A stretch of 64,000 nt of DNA from Methanomicrobiales archaeon. Lineage in GTDB: Archaea > Halobacteriota > Methanomicrobia > Methanomicrobiales > Methanospirillaceae. The first letter of the stretch is position 1, and each line of letters begins with the position of its first letter. The stretch is taken from contig JBAXJR010000004.1 of assembly GCA_037137755.1 (NCBI GenBank), positions 1 through 64,000 of the forward strand. The letters run 5' to 3'. A model generated the notes under the pieces. The model was not told the DNA's origin. It did no database searches and worked only from the letters and a program-made list of their open reading frames with translations. The position numbers and the translations under genes were made by a program. Below, one piece after another: positions 50,109 to 60,393 of this stretch.

Positions 50109-52430
50109 CTAAAGTTCGGATTCCCCGGATACGCCACAAACTAGCGGGCAGGTCGAATCCGGGTCTCCACGGAAGCGTAAGTCCTGTAATGATTCAAGCA
50201 GGATTACCGTTGCATGCTTGTCAAGGGGCTGGTTATCGTTTCCACATTTGGGTGAATAAATACAGGACGGGCATCCCGTTTCACACCTGCAGTCCCGGAC
50301 CAGGCTGGTAGTCATCGTTATGATCTCTTCAAATTTGGAAAATGCATTTTCAGCAAGGCCGATACCTCCCGGAAACCCGTCGTATATGACAACCGTTGGT
50401 TCACCCGACCCGGGGAATGCAGGGGAAGAGAAGCCCCCGATATCCCTGCGGTCACACATTACATGGAATGGCATCACGGCAATCAGCGCATGCTCGGCAC
50501 CATGGAGCCCTCCCCCAAAATCCAGCATGCGGCCCTCGATATCTGCAGATACCCCTGGGGGTGCAGTAAACCATAATGCCCGTGTATTGAAGGTGACCGG
50601 GGGCAGGGAAAGCGGCTCGACACTGATGATCGTATCATAGAGCATGACCCGGTACGAAGTACAATGCTCGGTGACGGTCACCTCTCCAAAGGAAAGCCTG
50701 CTGTTCCCAACCATCCGGTTCGTCTCCTCCCTGATAATCCTGACATCCACCGACCGGAGTGGTTTTGTGTAATAATCGACATCGGTACGTTCAACCCGGA
50801 TGACATGGCGGTCGAAATCCATCGAGAGGACCTGGTATTTCTCCCCCTGGTGGTAGAGTATGGCCCCTTCATGGGCCTCCCGGAAGGCCTGTGACTGGTC
50901 CAGTGTCTCGAGTATCTCACCATCACACATAACCTTAAACGTGATCGTGGGGATTGCCGAAAGGCTGGCCAGTTCAACCGGTCTCCGGCTCCCCGAGTAG
51001 ATATAACCTCTCCGTGTTATGCTGAGAAGGTGCTCCCCTGCAAGTGAGGAAAGGACATTCCCCAGTTCTTTTCCAAAAAATCGGTCATCATTGCCTGTTG
51101 TTACCGGCAGTTCGGCGGCGGCACAGAGTACCTGGCCCGAGAGGATGTAGGGATTGTCCAGGTCTATTATCGCATGTTCGTGGCGGGACTGGAAAAATTG
51201 ATCCGGGTGGTGCATAAAATACTGGTCAAGCGGGTCTGCATGTGCGACCAGGATAGCAAGTGAATCCGCAGTGGTCCTCCCAGCCCTGCCAGCCTGTTGC
51301 CAGGTGGACATGATCGAGCCGGGAAACCCTGTCATGATGACGCCATCGAGGCAGCCGACATCGATGCCGACCTCGAGGGCATTGGTCGAGACAATACCTC
51401 GTAAAAATCCTCGTTTCATCCGGTCTTCAATCTCTCTCCTCTCTTCCGGGAGGTACCCTGCCCGGTACGCGGAGACAAGGGCCGGGTCTGCGTTGTCCTT
51501 TCGGATAAGGTCATCACGAACCTGCAGGGTGATGAGTTCGGTAAGTTTCCGTGAACCCGTAAAACATAACATCCTGAGGTCATGGTTCATGCACATCCGG
51601 AGAATTTTAACGCTTTCATGGTAGGTTGTCCCTGACATATCGCCACCCCGGAATGGGTTATAAATGACAAAGTTTTTTGTCCCGCGCGGGGAGCCGTCAG
51701 ACGAGATGCAGGTGACAGGTTTTCCGGTGAGGCGACTCCCAAAATCCTCCGGATTTGCGATTGTTGCCGATGAAAGGATCATCAGGGGGTCAGTCCCGTG
51801 GTGTGCACAGATCCTCCGGAGGCGCCTGATAACAAATGCCATGTTTGAGCCGAATACCCCCCGGTACTGGTGGGCTTCATCGATCACCACCGCGGTAAGA
51901 TTTTTGAAAAAATCTGACCACTGGTGATGCCAGGGGAGGATTGTATGAAGCTCATAAGGATTGGAGAGAATGATACGGGACCCTGACCTGATAAGGGGTC
52001 GTCGCCCGGCCGGAGTGTCCCCGTCATATACTGCCGGGTGTAAAGAGATCCCCGTGTTCTTCTCGATATCCTGCAAGGTCTTCAGCTGGTCATGGCAAAG
52101 GGCCTTGGTGGGGTACAGGTAAAGGGCCGTGGCTTCAGGTTCGTTGAAAAGACGTTCGATAATGGGGAGAGAGAAGGCAAGTGTCTTCCCGGAGGCGGTG
52201 GCGGTGGTAAGGATCAGGTCCTCCCTGTTACGAATGGACTCGATCGCATCGCACTGGTGGGTATAGAGGGAAAACCCGCGACCCGAAAGGTAAGTTTCCA
52301 GCGGCCCGGGCAGGGGTTTTGTTAATACGCTTTGTACCGCATCCCGGGCCGGGATAGTCTCGATATGTGCCGTGTGTTCACTGTATTCCGGGTCGTTTTG
52401 TAACGAGGTGACCACATCTCCCATGGTCAT
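50109..52430 (-). CDS. DEAH helicase with DUF1998 (MrfA/Hrq1-like)
   Basis: TASGKT, DEAH, SAT, QQAGRAGR, C-terminal CRCETGCPSCIYSPKCGN. Confidence 0.92.
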   Translation of the reverse strand: MTMGDVVTSLQNDPEYSEHTAHIETIPARDAVQSVLTKPLPGPLETYLSGRGFSLYTHQCDAIESIRNREDLILTTATASGKTLAFSLPIIERLFNEPEATALYLYPTKALCHDQLKTLQDIEKNTGISLHPAVYDGDTPAGRRPLIRSGSRIILSNPYELHTILPWHHQWSDFFKNLTAVVIDEAHQYRGVFGSNMAFVIRRLRRICAHHGTDPLMILSSATIANPEDFGSRLTGKPVTCISSDGSPRGTKNFVIYNPFRGGDMSGTTYHESVKILRMCMNHDLRMLCFTGSRKLTELITLQVRDDLIRKDNADPALVSAYRAGYLPEERREIEDRMKRGFLRGIVSTNALEVGIDVGCLDGVIMTGFPGSIMSTWQQAGRAGRTTADSLAILVAHADPLDQYFMHHPDQFFQSRHEHAIIDLDNPYILSGQVLCAAAELPVTTGNDDRFFGKELGNVLSSLAGEHLLSITRRGYIYSGSRRPVELASLSAIPTITFKVMCDGEILETLDQSQAFREAHEGAILYHQGEKYQVLSMDFDRHVIRVERTDVDYYTKPLRSVDVRIIREETNRMVGNSRLSFGEVTVTEHCTSYRVMLYDTIISVEPLSLPPVTFNTRALWFTAPPGVSADIEGRMLDFGGGLHGAEHALIAVMPFHVMCDRRDIGGFSSPAFPGSGEPTVVIYDGFPGGIGLAENAFSKFEEIITMTTSLVRDCRCETGCPSCIYSPKCGNDNQPLDKHATVILLESLQDLRFRGDPDSTCPLVCGVSGESEL

Positions 52431-53500
52431 GTCTGGCCCTCCCAAAAATGAAACAGTAATTTTGCGAGACTGGTGACGTCTTCAAGGTTATGCTGCACAA
52501 TTGGCACAAGAGGGCCCGGGTTTCCCGATTGAAGGTAGGTCTCGTAGAATTCAGGTACCATACTCCCCGGGAGGTCATGCGATCTTGAGGATCCAAGGAG
52601 GTGCTGTTCAATGGTACTGAGCCTGCAGTCCTGAAGCAGGCGTCCTGCGTTACGCCGGGATGCGTGGAGCAGGTCAACATGGTGGCATGGTCTCTCCATC
52701 ATACCTCCATAGAATGCAGATCTTGAGATAAGGTAGGGAATATCAAACGTTTTCCCATTATATGAAATCACGACCGGTTTTTCCCGCAGGTGCTGAAGGG
52801 TCAGGTCAAGTGCTGGTAATTCTTCTTCCATGGTACGGACAAGGAACTGGCGCACTACCACACGCTGTTCCTCGATTGTTGCAATCCCGAAAAGGATGAT
52901 TGGTCTTGAGAAAAATCCCATGGTTTCCAGGTCGAGGAAGAGATAGGAATCACGCCCGAATAATCCAGATGCCAGGATTGATAACGGGTGGGATGGAGAA
53001 TGACGGCGTTCAATGAACGAGACAATTTCGTCCGGCTTACCGTTTAGGATCCTGTTGACACATTCCTTTGCCCCGTCACGGAAACGCCGGTGAGGGATCA
53101 GGTCTTCTATCGTCCTGTGCCCCTTTTTTCCCAACCGTCCGGCTGTTAACGGGCCGATACCCCGGACAAGCGTGAGGTCTTCCAGAATCCTCCGTTTTAC
53201 CTGATCCGGGTCAGGGCGAGGTACCGGAATAGCAGTAGTGGTAACAATCTCGAAACATTCTCCTTCAGGGGTAGCTCTGGTCCTGCCATTAAATACATCC
53301 TCAACGGCCATCCCCTCATGTCTGGTCATGAAAGTGGCTTTTATATCACGTGCCTTATGGTATTCAGATTCAAGAACAGAAGACCCCGAAAAACCAGCCC
53401 TGAATACCGAATCGTTCCTCACTACAGAGAAATCATGCGACTCACCAATCTTTGATCGCCATTGCCTGCTGACCACATCATAAGACGATTTGGAGATCAT
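52427..53500 (-). CDS. RNase_H_2/YprB (MrfB-like) exonuclease with helix-hairpin-helix
   Basis: FLDLETMG, SYNGKTFDIPY, HVDLLH, HNLEDV; LTLVRGIG HhH; ATGA-coupled to the helicase. Confidence 0.88.
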   Translation of the reverse strand: MISKSSYDVVSRQWRSKIGESHDFSVVRNDSVFRAGFSGSSVLESEYHKARDIKATFMTRHEGMAVEDVFNGRTRATPEGECFEIVTTTAIPVPRPDPDQVKRRILEDLTLVRGIGPLTAGRLGKKGHRTIEDLIPHRRFRDGAKECVNRILNGKPDEIVSFIERRHSPSHPLSILASGLFGRDSYLFLDLETMGFFSRPIILFGIATIEEQRVVVRQFLVRTMEEELPALDLTLQHLREKPVVISYNGKTFDIPYLISRSAFYGGMMERPCHHVDLLHASRRNAGRLLQDCRLSTIEQHLLGSSRSHDLPGSMVPEFYETYLQSGNPGPLVPIVQHNLEDVTSLAKLLFHFWEGQT

Positions 53501-53727
53501 GCTGATCCAACATAGACTCCCCTCTTTTCAAAGGTATGCCGCGGGGGGTGAAAGTGAAAGATCCAGTAAGGATAACAAATTTTCATTTCCTTTTGTTGCG
53601 CCAGATGAACACCCCGGGATATAATTTCGCAGGTATTTGGGGGCATTCAGGTTCAGCGATCACATTTCCCAAAAAAGGAACAGGGAAAAATGCATTAAAG
53701 GACGTGCCCTAAGAATATTCTGCCGCA

Positions 53728-54387
53728 ATGATCGCACTATACCAGCATGGGGCCGGAGAGCCGCCAGGATATATCCTGGGACTGATCAGAGAAAGAAACC
53801 TGGAATACAAAATTATTCCCATGTTTGAAACAGGCGAGGTGCCGGGAGGAATTAATGCCACCCACATGGTATTCCTTGGAGGGCAGATGAGTGTCAACGA
53901 CAATAAGGAATACCCCTGGCTTCTCCAGGAGAAACAACTTATTCGTGAAGCAATCAAATCAGGGACTCCTGTTCTCGGCATTTGCCTCGGTGCCCAACTG
54001 ATCGCCTCGGCTCTAGGGAAAAAAGTGTTTCGCTGCCAGGAAGAGAGAGGTTGGTGTGGAATAAGGAAAAACCTGCCACCCTGTTTTCCTATGCCCGGGA
54101 AGAACCTGACTGTGTTCCAGTGGCATGGCGAGAACTTTGAACTCCCGGACGGGAGTCTGTTGGTATACCGGGGCGACCTCGTTCAGAACCAGATGTTTAC
54201 CTTTGGATCTGCAACGGGTGTCCAGTTCCATCCGGAAGTTACCGAAGAGATTATTCATGACTGGTTTGCACCCTTCGGGCGAAAAGAGCAGGACGAAATC
54301 ATGTTGAAGACTTCCCGTTATATGAAAGACAGTAACCAGGTTTGCAGGTCTTTATTTACCTGTTTCCTTGCGGGGTCAGCCGTATGA
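53728..54387 (+). CDS. Class I glutamine amidotransferase
   Basis: LGGQMSV, GICLGAQL, QWHGE, QFHPE. Confidence 0.9.
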   Translation: MIALYQHGAGEPPGYILGLIRERNLEYKIIPMFETGEVPGGINATHMVFLGGQMSVNDNKEYPWLLQEKQLIREAIKSGTPVLGICLGAQLIASALGKKVFRCQEERGWCGIRKNLPPCFPMPGKNLTVFQWHGENFELPDGSLLVYRGDLVQNQMFTFGSATGVQFHPEVTEEIIHDWFAPFGRKEQDEIMLKTSRYMKDSNQVCRSLFTCFLAGSAV

Positions 54388-55151
54388 ACGTGAAGGGTGT
54401 ATTACTTGACCTTGACGGGGTGCTCTATACAGGCGACAACCCCATACCCGGGGCACCCGGGGCCGTCCGGTACCTGAAAGAACGTGGATATATCATACGG
54501 TTCGTTTCAAACAGCACCAGGAAAACCCGGGCCTCAATTGAGTCCCGCCTTCAGGCGTTTGGATTCGATATCGGGAAGGATGAGATCTTTACACCTTCCG
54601 TTGCAGCAATTAACTATATTGTTGGCACAGGTCTGAAACGGGTCCATCTCCTGACAACAATGGACCTCCATTCAGAATTCGAAGCAGCAGGGCTTTTTCA
54701 CCGGGAATCTCAGGCAGACTGGGTTATTGTAGGTGACGCAGGGGATAATTTCAACTACGATACGATGAACCAGGTATTCCGGCAGGTCCAGGGGGGGGCT
54801 GGGATAATCGCCCTTGAGAAAGACCGGTACTGGATGGGAAATGACGGGCTGATGCTGTCTGCCGGTCCGTTTGTCTGCGGGATTGAATATGCCACAGGAA
54901 AACCTGCGACTTTGGTGGGCAAACCTTCACCGGATTTTTTCGGCATGGCTCTTCGGGACATGGGCCTGAAACCCTGTGATGCAGTAATGATCGGGGATGA
55001 CGTGGTGACCGATACCGGGGGTGCCATGAAAGCAGGGATGCAGGGCATCCTGGTTAGAACCGGAAAATTCAGCCCGGAATCGCTAGCCGGTGCAGACCCG
55101 GCTCCTACGAGGGTTGTCGGTTCGATTGCAGAAATCCATAAAATCCTGTGA
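54384..55151 (+). CDS. HAD-superfamily IIA hydrolase
   Basis: DLDGVLY, SNST, GKPS, MIGDD..TD, VRTGKF; ATGA overlap. Confidence 0.9.
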   Translation: MNVKGVLLDLDGVLYTGDNPIPGAPGAVRYLKERGYIIRFVSNSTRKTRASIESRLQAFGFDIGKDEIFTPSVAAINYIVGTGLKRVHLLTTMDLHSEFEAAGLFHRESQADWVIVGDAGDNFNYDTMNQVFRQVQGGAGIIALEKDRYWMGNDGLMLSAGPFVCGIEYATGKPATLVGKPSPDFFGMALRDMGLKPCDAVMIGDDVVTDTGGAMKAGMQGILVRTGKFSPESLAGADPAPTRVVGSIAEIHKIL

Positions 55152-55229
55152 TCGTTCCGGACTAACCGGACCAGCCATTTTTTTCTATTCGTGCTACCGG
55201 TTGGATCTGGCGGGTGCCTATTCTAACCA

Positions 55230-56147
55230 TTACAAATGGATTATCTCCGGGGACTGATCTCCGGATGAAGTGGTGGGGGCCGGGTCTAAGTTTTTAATCC
55301 TCCGCAGGGCACATTCGCAGTAATCTTCCGAAATATCGATGCCAATAAACCGTCTCCCCAGTTTCCAAGCGACGAGCGATGTTGTCCCGGCGCCGTTGAA
55401 CGGGTCCAGGACAATATCTCCCTGGTATGAGAAGAGTTTCATCAGCCGTTTCGGTAATTCCTCCGGGAACATTGCAGGATGACCGTAATCTTTCATCCGG
55501 ATTTCCGGGGGAAATGACCATTTTCCGATTACCCATTCTTTGAACTCTGTATCGGTAATATCGATCCGTTCCCTGTCCCCCGCTTTTTTATGGGTCTCCT
55601 TGTCAAACACCTCGATAAATTCCCAGGTGTACTTCAGGTATGGCATTGAAGGTGACTTCCAACTCCCCCATGCCGTGTATTTCGCGTTATAATTATTTTT
55701 CTCCCACAATATCTCGGCCTTCCAGAGGAAACCAAGGGTCATGAGCTGGTTGGAAATTACGTGGTGTGTCGGGATATAGTCTGAGAACAGCGGCTGGACA
55801 TTGACGGTCATTCGGCCACCGGGTTTCAGCAGACGGTAGCACTCGGCCCAGATCCCGTTAAGGGTCTTGAAATATTCATTCCATTCCCGGGTATCATCAC
55901 GTTCGTCCTGGGCATAGGCATGTCCGAAATTATAGGGTGGTGAGGTGATCACGATATCGATGCACCGGTCAGGCATGGACCGTAATGCATGAAGTGCATC
56001 ACCACAGATTATCCGGTTCACGTACCTTGCGATTTCCGGGGGATCCGGGGACACAATCAGGTCTTTTCTGGATCCCGTACCCCTCCTGATCTTTGCTTTA
56101 CCCGGTTTGTCCTGCACCTTGTCGGTTCTCCCGTTCAGAGGGACCAT
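55230..56147 (-). CDS. Beta-class N4/N6 DNA methyltransferase (orphan)
   Basis: Catalytic TSPPY precedes HPAMFP and SAM motif DPFNGAGTT. Confidence 0.9.
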   Translation of the reverse strand: MVPLNGRTDKVQDKPGKAKIRRGTGSRKDLIVSPDPPEIARYVNRIICGDALHALRSMPDRCIDIVITSPPYNFGHAYAQDERDDTREWNEYFKTLNGIWAECYRLLKPGGRMTVNVQPLFSDYIPTHHVISNQLMTLGFLWKAEILWEKNNYNAKYTAWGSWKSPSMPYLKYTWEFIEVFDKETHKKAGDRERIDITDTEFKEWVIGKWSFPPEIRMKDYGHPAMFPEELPKRLMKLFSYQGDIVLDPFNGAGTTSLVAWKLGRRFIGIDISEDYCECALRRIKNLDPAPTTSSGDQSPEIIHL

Positions 56148-56357
56148 TTACTGTATATAATCGCTTATTACGGTTATATTCTCTCGTCTAACCCGCAAGG
56201 GGTGTAATTACCTGGATACGGGAGACCCCTTACTACGTTGTGGCAGCCCCTAAGGAACCGGAATCAGCCGGAATCTGTATCAGGGATAAATCATCTGGAT
56301 TAGCTCTTTGAAAAGCGTTTAATGGTTCGGTTGCCATACACTCTACCTGACTTGATT

Positions 56358-57089
56358 ATGCTCGATATTGAAGATCTCCATGTGAGGGTAGGGGACCGGG
56401 AAGTCCTCCATGATGTCAACCTCCGGATAAAGGAAGGTGAGACCCATGTGCTCATGGGGCCGAACGGCTCAGGGAAGAGTACATTGCTTATGACAATAAT
56501 GGGTTTTGCAAACTACACGGTCACAAAGGGGAGAATATCATTCAAAGATCAGGATATTACCCACCTTCCGATTCACGAACGGGCAAAACTCGGCATAGGA
56601 ATTATGTTCCAGAGGCCGCCTACCATATCCGGCCTGAAACTTGGAAAACTTCTTGTTGCGACATCGGGCAATAAAACAGAAGAGGTCAATGAGTACGCGA
56701 AAAAGATGCATATGGACCGGTTCCTCGAGCGGGATATCAATAAGGGTTTTTCCGGCGGGGAGATCAAGAGGAGCGAGGTACTCCAGCTGATGGTGCAGAA
56801 ACCGGACTTCGTTATGCTCGATGAACCCGAAAGTGGTGTCGACCTGGAAAATATTACCCTGATAGGGGCTGCCATAGGGGGCCTTCTTGAGAAAGAATCC
56901 CACCTGATGAAGCGGAAAAAAAGCGGGCTTGTCATTACACATACCGGGTATATCCTCGATTATCTTGACGCGGATAAGGGCCATGTCATGTGCGACGGGG
57001 AGATCCGGTGTCATGGTAACCCGAGAGAGATCCTAAAAGATATCAAAGCACGTGGTTACAAGGAGTGTCTCGAATGCCGGCAGAACTAG
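56358..57089 (+). CDS. sufC: Fe-S assembly ATPase SufC (SmsC-type)
   Basis: GPNGSGKST, GFSGGEIKR, LDEPESGVD, C-terminal CLEC. Confidence 0.92.
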   Translation: MLDIEDLHVRVGDREVLHDVNLRIKEGETHVLMGPNGSGKSTLLMTIMGFANYTVTKGRISFKDQDITHLPIHERAKLGIGIMFQRPPTISGLKLGKLLVATSGNKTEEVNEYAKKMHMDRFLERDINKGFSGGEIKRSEVLQLMVQKPDFVMLDEPESGVDLENITLIGAAIGGLLEKESHLMKRKKSGLVITHTGYILDYLDADKGHVMCDGEIRCHGNPREILKDIKARGYKECLECRQN

Positions 57090-58192
57090 GGAGAGATCTT
57101 GGTCTTTCAGCGGAAGACAGGGAACGCCTGGCCCAGTCAGGAATTGACCTTCACATGGGTAACCGGTGTGGCAGCTATATCCAGATGAACCAGGATGTTG
57201 TTCAGGAGAGTTGCGTTGAAGAGGGTATTGAAGTCCTCTCCATCGGGAACGCCCTGAAAAAGTACGAATGGATAAAGGATTATGTCTGGAATCTGGTACC
57301 GAAGGATAAGGATGAATATACCAGGTATGTTGGAGAAGCCACTGATCCGAAAGGTTACGTAATTATCGCCCGCAAAGGTAGCAAAAATATCCTGCCTGTT
57401 CAGGCATGTCTCTATCTCGGCCGGGAAAAAATCCAGCATGTCCATAATATTATCATTGCAGAGGAGGGCTCTGAACTGCATATCGTGTCCGGCTGTGCAA
57501 GTGGCCAGCATGTGGGAAAAGGCGGGGCACACTATGGTATCAGCGAATTTTACGTGGGAAAAAATGCAAAGATCAGTTTTACCATGATCCATACCTGGGG
57601 GGAAGATATCGATGTTTATCCCCGGAGTGCCGCAAAAATAGAGGAAAATGGGGTATTCTTATCGAATTATGTCTGCATGAAACCAGTACACAAAGTCCAG
57701 ATGTACCCTACCGCTCACCTGGTCGGGGAGAATTCAGTAGCGAGGTTTAGCAGCGTTGTCATCGCGACGCCGGGCTCACACCTCGACTTAGGCTCCCGTG
57801 CAATCCTTGGTGCGAAGGGCGCAAGCGCTGAACTGGTTACCCGTGCGATCACCAAGGGTGGTACGATCATCTCCCGCGGCCATATCCTCGGGAAAACCGA
57901 GGGGACCAAAGGCCATCTTGAATGTAAAGGGCTGATCCTGAAAGACGGGACAATTTATGCTATCCCTGAAATAGAAGGGACCGTTGTCGGGACAGAACTC
58001 TCCCACGAGGCAGCGGTTGGAAAAATTGCAAGGGATGAAATCGAATACCTGATGGCCAGGGGACTTGATGAGGAGTCCGCGACTGCAACAATCATCAGGG
58101 GTTTCCTCGATGTCAAGATTGCCGGGCTACCGGACGCACTCCAGAAACAGATAGATGCGGCCATCGATGTCGCGGAAAAGGCCGGTTTCTGA
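57074..58192 (+). CDS. sufB: SufB/SufD-family scaffold (SmsB-type)
   Basis: GISEFYV, GHLECKGL, LSHEAAVGKI, EYLMARGL. Confidence 0.9.
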   Translation: MPAELGRDLGLSAEDRERLAQSGIDLHMGNRCGSYIQMNQDVVQESCVEEGIEVLSIGNALKKYEWIKDYVWNLVPKDKDEYTRYVGEATDPKGYVIIARKGSKNILPVQACLYLGREKIQHVHNIIIAEEGSELHIVSGCASGQHVGKGGAHYGISEFYVGKNAKISFTMIHTWGEDIDVYPRSAAKIEENGVFLSNYVCMKPVHKVQMYPTAHLVGENSVARFSSVVIATPGSHLDLGSRAILGAKGASAELVTRAITKGGTIISRGHILGKTEGTKGHLECKGLILKDGTIYAIPEIEGTVVGTELSHEAAVGKIARDEIEYLMARGLDEESATATIIRGFLDVKIAGLPDALQKQIDAAIDVAEKAGF

Positions 58193-58227
58193 GCCTGCGG
58201 AGAAGAAGGAGGACGAGGAAAAAAACG

Positions 58228-58878
58228 ATGTCTGAGAACTTTCGGACAGAAGAACGTCATCGGATGGTCCGGGACCAGGTCGAAGCCCGGGGTGTTGAAG
58301 ACAGGAGGGTGCTTGATGCGATGCGGGAAATACCCCGGCACCTTTTCGTCCCCGATGACTTCGGGGTCGCTGCATACCATGACCGTCCTCTCCCGATCGG
58401 CAGTGGGCAGACAATATCCCAGCCCTATATTGTAGGGCTGATGACTTCCCTGCTCGAATTGAAACAAAATGACAAGGTACTCGAAATCGGGGCCGGGAGC
58501 GGGTACCAGGCCGCCATCCTTTCAAAGCTTGCCCGGATTGTGGTATCCGTAGAACGGCTGCCGGAAATTGCGACGAAAGCAAAGGGTATGATGCAACGTC
58601 TTGGAATTTCCAATGTAAACGTGGTGGTGGGAGATGGTACCCTGGGTTACCCCCCGGATGCCCCTTATAACGGGATTATCATCACTGCTGCGTCACCGGA
58701 TATACCACCACCGCTGATAGATCAACTGGCAGATAAGGGGAGACTGGTCGCACCTGTAGGATCGCGTGACCTGCAACAGCTTGTCAGGATTAGAAAGCAG
58801 GGTGACCTGATCAGCCGTGAAACGTTTGGTGGTGTGGTGTTTGTACCCCTGTTAGGTTGCCATGGCTGGCAGGAATGA
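58228..58878 (+). CDS. pcm: Protein-L-isoaspartate O-methyltransferase
   Basis: GQTISQP, VLEIGAGSGYQ, GDGTLG, FVPLLG. Confidence 0.95.
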   Translation: MSENFRTEERHRMVRDQVEARGVEDRRVLDAMREIPRHLFVPDDFGVAAYHDRPLPIGSGQTISQPYIVGLMTSLLELKQNDKVLEIGAGSGYQAAILSKLARIVVSVERLPEIATKAKGMMQRLGISNVNVVVGDGTLGYPPDAPYNGIIITAASPDIPPPLIDQLADKGRLVAPVGSRDLQQLVRIRKQGDLISRETFGGVVFVPLLGCHGWQE

Positions 58879-58882
58879 TAGC

Positions 58883-59515
58883 ATGAAAGCGTTCTACGAT
58901 ATAACCCATGAATTATCTGAAGAGACCCCGGTATATCCCGGGGATATTGAACCCCGATTTTTCCCTGAGGATTGCGGGCAATACCTGCTGACCGGGCTTC
59001 GGATGAGTACGCACTCCGGAACACATATCGATGCTCCATCTCACTACCTGAAAAACGATGAGAGTATTGACCGGATCCCTGTCGCTGCGCTGATCGGGCC
59101 GTGCAGGGTGCTCGACCTATCTGACGTAGCAGGGGAAATTTCCGGGGACGATCTGAAAGGCAGGATCGATGGAGTCTCACGGATATTATTAAAAACCGGG
59201 TGTAATTTTTGCGGGAGGTTTGATCCTGGATACACCGGCCTCGGTATATCTGCAGCACGAGCAATCTCGGCAAGGGGAATAATTGCTGTCGGCATCGATT
59301 CCCCGTCCATCGAAAAATTTCATGGGACAGGGGAGGTACACCTCGAGCTCCTGGGAAAGGGAATCGTGGTGATGGAGTTTCTTGACCTTGAACAGGTCCC
59401 CGAAGGCGATTACCAGATGGTTGCCCTGCCCCTTCGTCTCCGTGGACTTGATGGATCCCCTGCGCGAGTGATACTTTACGACTCCGGGTTGCCGGACAAC
59501 AAAATATTCCACTGA
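58883..59515 (+). CDS. Cyclase family protein (kynurenine formamidase-like)
   Basis: HSGTHIDAPSH, GIDSPS, DGSPAR. Confidence 0.9.
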   Translation: MKAFYDITHELSEETPVYPGDIEPRFFPEDCGQYLLTGLRMSTHSGTHIDAPSHYLKNDESIDRIPVAALIGPCRVLDLSDVAGEISGDDLKGRIDGVSRILLKTGCNFCGRFDPGYTGLGISAARAISARGIIAVGIDSPSIEKFHGTGEVHLELLGKGIVVMEFLDLEQVPEGDYQMVALPLRLRGLDGSPARVILYDSGLPDNKIFH

Positions 59516-59539
59516 AAAATGGTACGAAGGTGAAACAAA

Positions 59540-60145
59540 ATGGGTGTTATTGAAGAATCGGTCCATCTCCTGGAAGAGCAAATCCAGGGTTCAGGCTGCG
59601 AAGACGGGATAGTAAATCTCCGTGTCGATCCTGATAGTACTAAATGCCCGTATGAGCATGGTGTGTGCATGGTGGCGACATTTGGTGGAAAATCAGCAGA
59701 ATTTGTCACCAGTGACCCGACACGGGCAACGACGAAACTATCGTTTATGTTCGGGGCAACATTTGAAAATCCACGGATAAGGGCTGCGGCCTGCGCGATA
59801 ATCAATGCCCTGACCGGATTTCTCTGCATTAACCGGATCAGCCACTCGTGCTCTCCCGGGTGCCACCAGCCATGCCTGGCTGAGTTGAAAGAAAAGATAA
59901 ACGGACGTACTGTCTCCCTAATCGGCTCCTCTCCCGGACTGGAAATGGAGTTGAAGGCATTTTTTGTAGAAAAGATGGAAGATGCTGAGGTTATCGTTAT
60001 AAACGGGGATGGCCTGGTATCCGATGTGGCTGTCCGGTCAATTACCTGCCCGTATCCCGGCAAGGAAATATTTTTTATCGGCCCCTCAACATCCGGGGTG
60101 GCGGGCATGAAAAAAATCCAGCATTGGTGCCCGTACGGGAGATGA
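59540..60145 (+). CDS. Hypothetical protein (DUF364-like)
   Basis: RAAACAIINA, IGPSTSGVA, WCPYG. Confidence 0.6.
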   Translation: MGVIEESVHLLEEQIQGSGCEDGIVNLRVDPDSTKCPYEHGVCMVATFGGKSAEFVTSDPTRATTKLSFMFGATFENPRIRAAACAIINALTGFLCINRISHSCSPGCHQPCLAELKEKINGRTVSLIGSSPGLEMELKAFFVEKMEDAEVIVINGDGLVSDVAVRSITCPYPGKEIFFIGPSTSGVAGMKKIQHWCPYGR

Positions 60146-60393
60146 CGACTTTTTTCGCTGGAAGACCGTATTTATTGAAAAATAATTGCAATATCGGCGG
60201 GTTAATATCGGGACAGATATCGAAAGAGATTATGGTCGGGTTTCAAAAAGGAAACCAAAAAATTCATGCGACGTTCGCCCACATTAGTATTAAAAACCCG
60301 TGATTCATTTGCGAGTAACGAAAAATGGTGATTTCCCCCCACTTTTCAGAGTAAGTACAGAATGTTCGAATATTTGGATAACATGACCCGATA

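Noticed and set aside
56358-58192. Two-gene SUF system as a novelty
   Set aside because: Matches the already described minimal SmsCB system, including the C-terminal CxxC on the ATPase.
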